IMG/VR virus record: IMGVR_UViG_3300036827_000021
Span: 1 to 53,687 of that record
Origin: a virus
Taxonomy: Duplodnaviria; Caudoviricetes
Reading direction: 5' to 3' (one strand)
Length of the DNA stretch: 53,687 bases
Shown here: positions 1 to 8,300 of the stretch, piece by piece
Numbering within the stretch: position 1 is the stretch's first letter
Layout of the letters: each line of letters opens with the position of its first letter
Program-made: the position numbers and the translations under genes
The notes under the pieces: model-generated
Told to the model about the DNA's origin: nothing
The model's database searches: none
The model's input: the letters and a program-made list of their open reading frames with translations, nothing else

Positions 1-60
1 GGAAGCTACGTACCATGCAGTGTCGAATCCAAAGTCGGAAGGTCATGGGGTGAAGTATGA
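1..60 (+). CDS. polA: C-terminal end of the family-A DNA polymerase (gene wraps around from the window end)
   Basis: Frame 1 reads GSYVPCSVESKVGRSWGEV*, matching the PolA C-terminal VP..VE..VG.SWG pattern. The stop overlaps the next ATG (ATGA). Confidence 0.85.
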   Translation, partial: GSYVPCSVESKVGRSWGEV

Positions 61-368
61 GGGGCAGCAAGGCAGCTGAGGGTGCGACCCGTACAGCACC
101 TAACGGGTACCACTACACCAAGGTGGATAGTAAGTGGAAGCTTACACACCACATCACGATGGAGAAGATCCTGGGTAGGCCTATCGATCTGTCTGTCGAG
201 CGCGTAGTGTTCAAGGAGGGCTACAGTTCTAAGGACTACGCCGACCCTGATGCCGTCGAAGTTCGAGTCAAGGGTGTCGTATCGAACACGAAGCAGATCG
301 CCAGGTTGATCGCTCGTAGGGATGAGATCCAAGCGCAGATTGATTTCCTCGAGGCTGAGAAACCTTAG
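57..368 (+). CDS. Degenerate HNH-like protein with C-terminal coiled coil
   Basis: NGY...THHITMEKILGRPI...ERVVFKEG resembles phage HNH_3 proteins, but the catalytic HH and N positions are not conserved. Confidence 0.55.
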   Translation: MRGSKAAEGATRTAPNGYHYTKVDSKWKLTHHITMEKILGRPIDLSVERVVFKEGYSSKDYADPDAVEVRVKGVVSNTKQIARLIARRDEIQAQIDFLEAEKP

Positions 369-375
369 AAACACG

Positions 376-473
376 TGTTAGACCTTGTCTACTTGAGTCT
401 AATAGCTTTTGTCATAGAGGCCTTAGTGGTTATATAGGCCTTGATGGACCTCGTGTTAGACTTGCAGAGAGAC
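376..473 (+). repeat. 98-bp three-box element, copy A (inverted partner at 36702-36799)
   Basis: TGTTAGACCTTGTC-nnn-TTGAGTCTAATAGnTTTT ... TATATA ... GTTAGACTTGCAGAGAGAC, with the same spacing as the reverse complement of 36702-36799. Confidence 0.9.
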
Positions 474-517
474 AACGGTTTCCGTGTCACACAGACCACA
501 CGCAGAGAGGGAAATGC

Positions 518-1015
518 ATGAAACAGATCGTAGCACTAGACCCAGGCGGAACAACGGGAGTTGCTGTTCTGACCTTCGATGCAAGCACCAAGTTGTGGCA
601 TCGTAAGCAGCTCGGACCACAAGAACACCACTACGACTTGTACCAAGAACTGTGTCAGCACCTGAACTGCCGCGGACAGGAAACCCCCCTGACTGTGGTC
701 TGTGAAGGATTCCAATACCGCAACGACTACCGTCCAGGGCTTGTACTTGTGTCGCGTGAGTACATCGGTGTGGCGAAGTTCTTCTGCCAGGAGTTCGAAG
801 TCTCCTACGTCGAACAGAGTGCAGGCCAAGGTAAGGCAGGGAAGAGAACGTTCGTTCGTCCTGAGCACATCAAGAAGCTTGGCATGTGGTTACCTGGCAA
901 GCCACATGCAATGGATGCAACAGCCCACTTGCTCTACTACGTCATCCACGGAAAGCACAACGACTCTGACCTACTCCAGTACAGGATGGAACTACTCAAC
1001 AAGGGTTGGAAGTAG
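518..1015 (+). CDS. RuvC-like Holliday junction resolvase
   Basis: IVALDPGGTTGVA N-terminus, VVCEGF and HAMDA acidic motifs. Confidence 0.8.
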   Translation: MKQIVALDPGGTTGVAVLTFDASTKLWHRKQLGPQEHHYDLYQELCQHLNCRGQETPLTVVCEGFQYRNDYRPGLVLVSREYIGVAKFFCQEFEVSYVEQSAGQGKAGKRTFVRPEHIKKLGMWLPGKPHAMDATAHLLYYVIHGKHNDSDLLQYRMELLNKGWK

Positions 1016-1086
1016 ACAGAAGCCTACCCTGGAGCCAGTCAGCGGGCGAAGGCGGACTGGAGAGGGCTCCAGGGTAGGCGGTCTGT
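1016..1086. terminator. Large hairpin between the convergent resolvase and holin genes (probable bidirectional terminator)
   Basis: GCCTACCCTGGAGCC (1022-1036) pairs with GGCTCCAGGGTAGGC (1065-1079). There is an inner CAGTC/GACTG pair and an outer ACAGA/TCTGT pair. Confidence 0.75.
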
Positions 1087-1427
1087 TAGACAGCAGGTGG
1101 TGCGGGAGCTGCCTTAGGCTTCGAACCAACAGCGAGAAGGCTGTCCTCGAGCTCAGTACCCTTCAACACTGTCTTGTGCGAGAAGAACGCCATCACGAAG
1201 GCAGCGAACGATGCACTCACAGCAGTCTTCCAGTCGTAGTGACTCACATTCGATGATGCAGCCCACGTCGAGAAGAAACCGTCAGCCACCGACAGCACTG
1301 TGGTGATGACACCCATCACGATGCTTGGCCAGTGCTCACGATGTACGAATGCTGTCACGTACGGGATGAAGTAGGCGGCAATGAAGCCGACCACCAATGC
1401 GGTCTGTCCGTGCAACAGTGTGAACAT
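1086..1427 (-). CDS. Holin
   Basis: 113 aa with about three hydrophobic helices, directly downstream of the endolysin (TAATG overlap). Confidence 0.75.
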   Translation of the reverse strand: MFTLLHGQTALVVGFIAAYFIPYVTAFVHREHWPSIVMGVITTVLSVADGFFSTWAASSNVSHYDWKTAVSASFAAFVMAFFSHKTVLKGTELEDSLLAVGSKPKAAPAPPAV

Positions 1428-2278
1428 TACTTCTTTGCCTCCAATGCCTTGACTGCGGCCAGGATGTCCCTGGTGTTCTGTCGCGTCTCACCCAGGATGT
1501 TGACTGCTGCTGGGTGATGCGTCTTGTCGAAGATGGTGGGCTCCATTGCGTGCCCACTGGACAGTAGCGATACCACTGCCCGCTGCATGTGGATCAGGTC
1601 AGCCTTCAGGTCGGCGATTGCCGTACCCAGCTGCTCGTTCGTAACTTCGGCCACCTCAGGCCCCTTTCCGTTCGGCCACTCGGCCCCCAACGTTGCTGCG
1701 TTTGTCACTTGCCCGTAGTCGACTTGACCACCAGCAATGTACTGACCGTTGTGCCACTGGTACACAGCCGTGTATTGAGACACATGCCCCACGACACCGC
1801 TCCAAGCGTAGGTCTGGAACCCAGGCCGCTTGATGTACTCCATGGCATCGAACTCGCCGTAGGCACGACCTTCATGCTCACTGCTGTCTGCAGCAAACAC
1901 GTAGTCGGCACCAGTTGCGAAGTCCGTTTTGGTCACCAGGTCTTGATCGAGCGCGTAGTAGACAGGTACATCAGGAGCGCCCACAGTCGCAGCGTACTGG
2001 TGTGCCAAGGATCCATCGGTCTTGCCTTGACCAGAACCGCCACGCCAGTTGTTGCTGTAGCCCTCGTAGTTGTACCAGATGCCGATGCCGTTGTCCAGAG
2101 CGATCTTCCGCTCGTCGCTACTGATACCCTTTCCGTTCGGGTAAACGTCGTGCCATAGGTACCGACCTACGCAACGCACGTTGGCCTTGTAGAGGCCCTT
2201 GTAGAAAGCATCCAGCGCCTTCAAGTCACCCCCACCAGGAGGTGCTGAGAAGTCACACGCGTTCAGAATCATGTTCAC
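1427..2278 (-). CDS. Endolysin, DUF1906/Rv2525c-like (GH25-related) glycoside hydrolase
   Basis: CDFS...VGRYL...KGIS..E....GIGIWYNYE...VYYALDQD...FQTYAWSG...VDY pattern, next to the holin. Confidence 0.8.
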   Translation of the reverse strand: MNMILNACDFSAPPGGGDLKALDAFYKGLYKANVRCVGRYLWHDVYPNGKGISSDERKIALDNGIGIWYNYEGYSNNWRGGSGQGKTDGSLAHQYAATVGAPDVPVYYALDQDLVTKTDFATGADYVFAADSSEHEGRAYGEFDAMEYIKRPGFQTYAWSGVVGHVSQYTAVYQWHNGQYIAGGQVDYGQVTNAATLGAEWPNGKGPEVAEVTNEQLGTAIADLKADLIHMQRAVVSLLSSGHAMEPTIFDKTHHPAAVNILGETRQNTRDILAAVKALEAKK

Positions 2279-2329
2279 CTCCTAGTTCAGCTTGTTTCAT
2301 GTTCATTCCTTTCTCCTGCCCTCTACAGG

Positions 2330-2722
2330 TCATATCTTGATCTGGGCGGTTAGCCCAATCAGGTCTGCAAGGTCATCAGTGCCATCAACGCCACTGACTT
2401 GACCAACCGTTGCAGCAGCCCCAGTAACTCCAGCCTTGATGATCTTGCCACCACTGAAGTCGGGAACTGCAAAGGTTGAAATACCATCACCACCCCAAAG
2501 GTCTCCAAGGATCTGACCTAGGTCTGGGTAGTCGGAGATGTCGTACACAGTTCCATCACAAGGCAAGTACCCATCCTGTTCACCATTTGTGGCAAACAAA
2601 ACAACGGCCCCTGTGGGTTGTACATGAGACAAGGACGCGCGAAGCTTTCGAATAGAGCGCTTGATGTTGACAATGTCCTTGGTAATACTGTGTGTGTGCA
2701 TCGTAGGCTTAGGCGTGGTCAT
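2330..2722 (-). CDS. Tail-collar domain protein
   Basis: PTGAVVLFA...GYLPCDGTVYDISDYPDLGQILGDLWGGDGISTFAVPDF is the classic phage tail collar motif. Confidence 0.85.
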   Translation of the reverse strand: MTTPKPTMHTHSITKDIVNIKRSIRKLRASLSHVQPTGAVVLFATNGEQDGYLPCDGTVYDISDYPDLGQILGDLWGGDGISTFAVPDFSGGKIIKAGVTGAAATVGQVSGVDGTDDLADLIGLTAQIKI

Positions 2723-3780
2723 GTTTCCACCGTATCGCTATCCTTGGAGTAGATGACTGTAGTGGTCTTGTCTCCACCAGTAATAGTCAACTGCCATCCA
2801 ATTGTACGGATCACCTTGCTGAGCTGCACGTACCAGTCATTTACGTACACCAGGAAGTTGGTGCCGAAGTCGAAGTCCTTCATTGGCGTTAGCTTGCGCG
2901 TCACCATGGTAGGAACGATCAACGTGTCCTGCTTGTTCTTGAGGTCGGTAGCAGCTGCATTAGCAAGGTCGGTAGTCGAGGTGAGGTCACTACCAGTAGT
3001 TACATCCTGGTACAACATGTCGTACTCTGTCTTCTTGTCGTCGTTGCCTGCATAACCTACGCGGCCATTATCACCAACAAACCTGTCTGCATTGGCAATG
3101 GTCTGTGCATTGAACTCGACAGAGTGACCATCCATGTTGCCACCATACTCCATCGACAGTGGCTTCTTGTCACCCTGAATACCACCGCCATAAAGCCATA
3201 GCGTACCGTTGCGAACGTAGAACTCAACACCATCACCCATCGCACTGACAGAGGTGAACAAGTCCGAGACCTTGTTGAGCTCGTACGACTTATAAACGAT
3301 AAGGTCAATTGCCTTTGAACCGTTGCGCATGATGCTACTACTGTTCATGCTATTTATGAGCCAATATCCATTGACATCGGCAAGTAACGCAGCCAAGACA
3401 TCCTCAGGCTTATCGGGGGACTCGTACTGCTTGTAGGTAATGATCAGGCGCTTAGCCAGATAGGAAAGAGCATCTTGTGCTGACACACTGATCGCACCAG
3501 TGGAGCTACTAGGCGTTGCACTCCAGATAGGTCCTTGGAAGATATACATCTGAAGCTTCGTGTCGTAGATCCAGAGCTCGTGCTTGCCCGGGTATAGTGT
3601 ATCGTACGACAGGTAGCCATAGCCCCTGTAAGGTACGTCAACACGCATCTGTGCGCCATTGAGTCCAAGCATGAACTCACCCTGAGCATTACGGTACGGC
3701 AAGTACGCAAGCAGTTGCCCTTCATGGTCGTGTGTTTCGAAGTGGTAACGACCATCAGGCCTTCCAACAGGAGCTGGCAT
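2719..3780 (-). CDS. Minor tail protein (Tal/Gp37-like baseplate hub)
   Basis: Follows the Dit gene; IFQGPIW...ISVSAQDALSYLAKR resembles actinophage Gp37-like tail proteins. Confidence 0.7.
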   Translation of the reverse strand: MPAPVGRPDGRYHFETHDHEGQLLAYLPYRNAQGEFMLGLNGAQMRVDVPYRGYGYLSYDTLYPGKHELWIYDTKLQMYIFQGPIWSATPSSSTGAISVSAQDALSYLAKRLIITYKQYESPDKPEDVLAALLADVNGYWLINSMNSSSIMRNGSKAIDLIVYKSYELNKVSDLFTSVSAMGDGVEFYVRNGTLWLYGGGIQGDKKPLSMEYGGNMDGHSVEFNAQTIANADRFVGDNGRVGYAGNDDKKTEYDMLYQDVTTGSDLTSTTDLANAAATDLKNKQDTLIVPTMVTRKLTPMKDFDFGTNFLVYVNDWYVQLSKVIRTIGWQLTITGGDKTTTVIYSKDSDTVET

Positions 3781-5396
3781 TAGTCAGTCCCCTTTGCGTA
3801 CACGAGCGTAAAGCCTTCTCGTGCACTGCCGCGATTGAACTTGATCCTGTTGAGCCTTCCCGGGATAAGCGAGAACCAGTCATGACCACTAATGAGCGAG
3901 GAGACATTGGTCCACGAAAGTGCATCAGCAGTTGTTTCAAGCACCCGGTTCTTGAGATCGAGGCGCATTGCACACCTAGCAGTCAGAACGTGATCCGTAG
4001 TGTCGTTCAAGGTCAACTGGTTGATGGTGTTGGGAATGTTCGTGCGAAGTACATTCCAGAACAACCAGTCAGTGATAATGCCGTCACTAGCTGGGTAGTA
4101 GTTGAAGTACAGTACGGGGTATGTGTCAACTTCACTGTCCGTCATATCCACATCAACGTAGCAACTGTACCCACCACTAGGGTCAGCAATAGGCAGACCT
4201 GACTTGACAGATAGGAGCTGCTGGTAGGCCACAGTGTCTTCCGTCATCAACTGGACCTGGAAGGCAGTCTGCCCCATAGACCTGGTACGATCGATCAATG
4301 CCTTGCAGCTAACTGGCTTGACCAACAGGTACCGAGGCTTCAGGTCAAGTCCAACAGGCTTGTAGATACAAGGCACGCCTGATTCACTAGGTGCACAAGC
4401 ACGCTTCAAGTCATCGATCACAGTCTGCTGTAGAGGCATAATACCGGTGAGGATCGTACCATCGATGTTGATGGTCTTACCAGATCGGTACTTTGCGTCA
4501 ACAGTGGAACCGTCAGCACCGTCAACTGGATCGCTGTTCAGGGTTGCAGTGATATCATCCAGACCGTCAATGCTGTTGAGGTCATATACGAGTAGGTCTT
4601 CTGTCAAGGGTCCATTGAGGAGAGGACCATCTTCGGTGATCATGAGTGTGTTGTCGTCAAGATCAACTGTGGGACCCCTGAATAGGATACCAACAGAAGC
4701 CCAACGAACCATGTCAGAGTCATAGATCAGAGTCTGAACAGGTGAAATACCAGCACCAATCTGGGACATGCAGATACCAATCTCACCCTGAACAGGATCG
4801 TTCTCTGCATCAAGTACTGCGCTGGGATCATCCATCGGCATACCTATGGGACCATCCCAAGCAATGCCACCGATGTCAGTGTAGTTCAAGGGCACACCTG
4901 TAAACATGCAGCCCATGGCATACATCATCATGCCATTCTGGCAATCGATCTCGGGGTAGTTGATTGTGACAGTGACAGAGGTAGCAGTTGCTGGGGTGCC
5001 AACCACATAACTTGTAGCGTTACGAATGGGTACCAGGTTGGCAGTGACTTCAACAGTCTCAGTGATCGTGTACGTCAGATCACTTGGCTCGAGAACGTCA
5101 GTGTCAAGTCGCGCAATCCAAAGCTGCATGTGACAACTACCACTGACGACGTCAGCGATCTTGGTAAAGGAATCGATCCCCAGATCCTCGAAGCCTATGG
5201 CACTTACAGTTGCAGTAACACTATGCATGACCACTTGAAGTAGCAGGTAGTCGTTCTTCTCGAGAATGCCATAAGGCATACTGACAACACCTGCGGAAGC
5301 TGCACCTACGGTTGTAACGTCAGAGTTACCGAACGTGGTATCGTCAATGAAGGGTACAACAGGTGGCGTCAAGCCGTCGTAAGTGGTTAGTGCCAT
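3780..5396 (-). CDS. Distal tail protein (Dit) with a ~240-aa N-terminal extra domain
   Basis: Directly after the tape measure gene. The C-terminal half has IDGLDD...DGADGS....YRSGKTINIDGTI...WFSLIPGRLNRIKF, typical of Dit proteins. Confidence 0.65.
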   Translation of the reverse strand: MALTTYDGLTPPVVPFIDDTTFGNSDVTTVGAASAGVVSMPYGILEKNDYLLLQVVMHSVTATVSAIGFEDLGIDSFTKIADVVSGSCHMQLWIARLDTDVLEPSDLTYTITETVEVTANLVPIRNATSYVVGTPATATSVTVTINYPEIDCQNGMMMYAMGCMFTGVPLNYTDIGGIAWDGPIGMPMDDPSAVLDAENDPVQGEIGICMSQIGAGISPVQTLIYDSDMVRWASVGILFRGPTVDLDDNTLMITEDGPLLNGPLTEDLLVYDLNSIDGLDDITATLNSDPVDGADGSTVDAKYRSGKTINIDGTILTGIMPLQQTVIDDLKRACAPSESGVPCIYKPVGLDLKPRYLLVKPVSCKALIDRTRSMGQTAFQVQLMTEDTVAYQQLLSVKSGLPIADPSGGYSCYVDVDMTDSEVDTYPVLYFNYYPASDGIITDWLFWNVLRTNIPNTINQLTLNDTTDHVLTARCAMRLDLKNRVLETTADALSWTNVSSLISGHDWFSLIPGRLNRIKFNRGSAREGFTLVYAKGTD

Positions 5397-8300
5397 TAGT
5401 CAACCCTCCTTGCAATTTCCCATCCAAGGTCAGCTGCATGCTTGACAGGATCGATCTCCTGTGTGGTAATCTGGAAGGCACCTTCGTGGAACTCAACATG
5501 CTTGCCAGCACCGGTCTTCCCTGTCGAAAGGCCCACAGGGGCCGAGCCATCTGGTCCGACGCGATACAAGTCTGCCAATGTAGTACTATGCTTGGCAAGC
5601 TTGGACCTGACGTACGAGAAGCCCTTGTCGTGCCCGTTCTCGAGGCCCTTCATGTTGTCCACGCCTATGGACATGAACTCCTTGCCAGGACTTGCAATGC
5701 CTAGGCGCTTCTTGAGCTCGTTGATCATGGACGTTGCAATCTGCCGCATAATAGCTACAACGGCAGACTCACGCTTGCGTAGGCCTAGGATCAAACCGTT
5801 AGCAGCAGCGATACCTGCGTTGTACAGGTTAGCAGCGACAGCTGTGCCGATCTGTGTAGCATCAGCATTGAGCCCACGGTAGCTTGCCATGAATGCCTTG
5901 ACCTGACCAGGACTTGCACTCAGCAGGGACTCGATCGTGGGTATTGCAGCTGGCCCTGCTGCGTACAGTTGGGAGATCAAGTACGGTCCGTAGCCCTTAG
6001 CCTTCAGCTTGGCAATGTCAGCCTTGAAGGTGTCAGCATCCTTCTTGGCGCGACTCAGATCGCCATAGATGTCAGAGAAGCTACCCAGTTCGCTACCGAT
6101 GTCAAACGTACCGCTTACCGCCTGGGAAACATTCCCACTGAGCTCGGTGCGAGACTGTTCCATGTCTTGCACACGCTGAACCTGTGCAGCGATCTGTGCC
6201 TTGAGTCGGTTGTAGTTGGTCGAGAGCCGTGTCAGTACACTTTCCTGCGTACGAAGTGCTGCGCCCTGAACCGAGGTCAGAACGTAGTGTGCAGAGGTAA
6301 TCATCATGTCGGCAGCATGCTTGAGGGTTGCAGTTGTGCCAAACAGATCCTGCACCAAGCTTGGGAACCTGGTGTTACGCATTGTGTTGCGCAGAGTATT
6401 CAGTGCACTCGTGTACCCAGCAGTCGTGGGGTGTAGACTGCTCAGGTAGGCGTAGCGACCACCAGGCGGACTAAAGTTGACAGCACCACCACGAGCGAAT
6501 GCCTTGACCTGACGACCGTTGTTGATGTCCTGAAGTAGCTTGCCATACTTCTTGGACTGTCGAGCATTGACAACGAACTCACCATTGGACAGCCAGGCAG
6601 CAACGTCATCACTAGTAGGCCCACCAGGCCCACGAACCCAACCACCTGTCGCACCAGCCAAGTGACGTCCGCCGCTTGTTGATCCGCCGACGGTCTGCTG
6701 GTCGATACCAATGTGTGCACCAGAGTTCAGTGCCTCTAGGTAGGTTACCAGCTGGTGTAGCTGCGTGAGTGCGTTACCTACACCTGAAACTGTAATCAGG
6801 GTAGAAAGGCTGTGAGGAATACGTCCATAGGTGTTGACGATTGCCATGATCTGTGCAACAGTAACACCATGCTGAGCGAGGTACGTACGTACCTGGCTAG
6901 GCACCTTGTTATAGCCCGAGATCAAGTTGTAGATGGCCTGCTTGTTGAAGCCCATCTGTGCGAGCGTCTTCTCCAGTGCACCGATCTGGTTGAAGTACAA
7001 ACCAGTTGCATACTGCACAGACTTACCGTCTTCGATGCTGGCTGCCGAGTGCTGATATGCAGCGTCAACGAATTCCTTGATCGTAGCCGTGTTACGTGAA
7101 GCATCTTGGGAGTTTGCAATGTACTTATTGGAGTTGCTCTCCAATGCTGTACCTGTACCTTGAAGGGCACTTCGAAGACCCTTTGCACCTTGCTGGAGTA
7201 GCCGTGTAGGTGTAAGTGTCTTGTTCATTGCACGGGCTTCTGCTTCCCACTCCTGTTCAACCTTCTTCAGAGTAGGATCGTACTGAACGAGCTGACCCAG
7301 CAAGCTCTTGAGTGCAGCCTCCTGATCAAAGTACTGTGAGGGAATAGTCTGTCCGGCCTTCTCGCCCTTAGTAAAGTAAGGCAGGTACTTCTTCTGCAAT
7401 GCAATGTATGCATTCTTGATCTGCGCAAGTGCCTTGGGGTCGCCTTGTGCAGCACCTACCACGTAGTATGGGTTGATACCACCAGTGATTGCGTTCTGCA
7501 GTGGAGAAGCAGTCTGCCCAGGTAGCTTCTTCGACAACTGCTGAACTACTGCATTACGGTACGTGAGGTTGTACTCTCCATTAGTAGCACGAAGAGCACC
7601 AAGAAGAGTATTAGCAGCATCAGTCTGTGCATTCAAAGCTGCTACTGCAGTCTGCTTGGCTAGGTCAGCAGCCGAATCTTCCTTGCCCCACGAAGTAACC
7701 AGGCCACTAATACCACCAGCAAGCGCACCAATCGCAGCACCCCAAGGTCCGCCACCAAGTGCGAGTCCTGTAAGTGCTCCTGCTGCAGCACCGCCAAGGG
7801 CTCCTGCAATCTTACCCTTAGCACCACCAATCTGTCCGGCATAGTTGCCAATGATGCTACCAATGCCCAGGCTTAGCAAACCTACTTGTAGCGCCTTACC
7901 TGACTTGAGAATGCTGCCGAAGCTCGTTCGAATAGAAGTAGTAGCACGACCAATCGAGTTAGTCCAGAGCGAGGACGATGTAATCATGCCACGGAATGCG
8001 AATGCAACCAAACCTGCTGCCACTATTACATTGCGTGCATCCTGGGGCATATTATCCCACACCCTGCCCAGTGCACTGAAGATAGCGAGCAACCCGTTGA
8101 TGACAGGTATGAGACCTCGAATGACGTTAGCAATAATTGTAGAGATCATAGGCCAGGAGACCCTGACAAGGTCAAGCAGCGTAGCGAAGAACTTGCCAAT
8201 GCCTGCGAAGATGGTACCGATCTGACCTGAATGCGAGTGCAGATCAGTAACTAGTTCCTCGAACGCTAGACCAATCTTCTTGGCACCCGCGATCAGTACT

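Noticed and set aside
376-473. Transposon terminal inverted repeats or attL/attR sites
   Set aside because: No transposase or integrase was recognised, no target duplication is evident, and the enclosed genes are core replication genes. Kept as an unexplained element instead.
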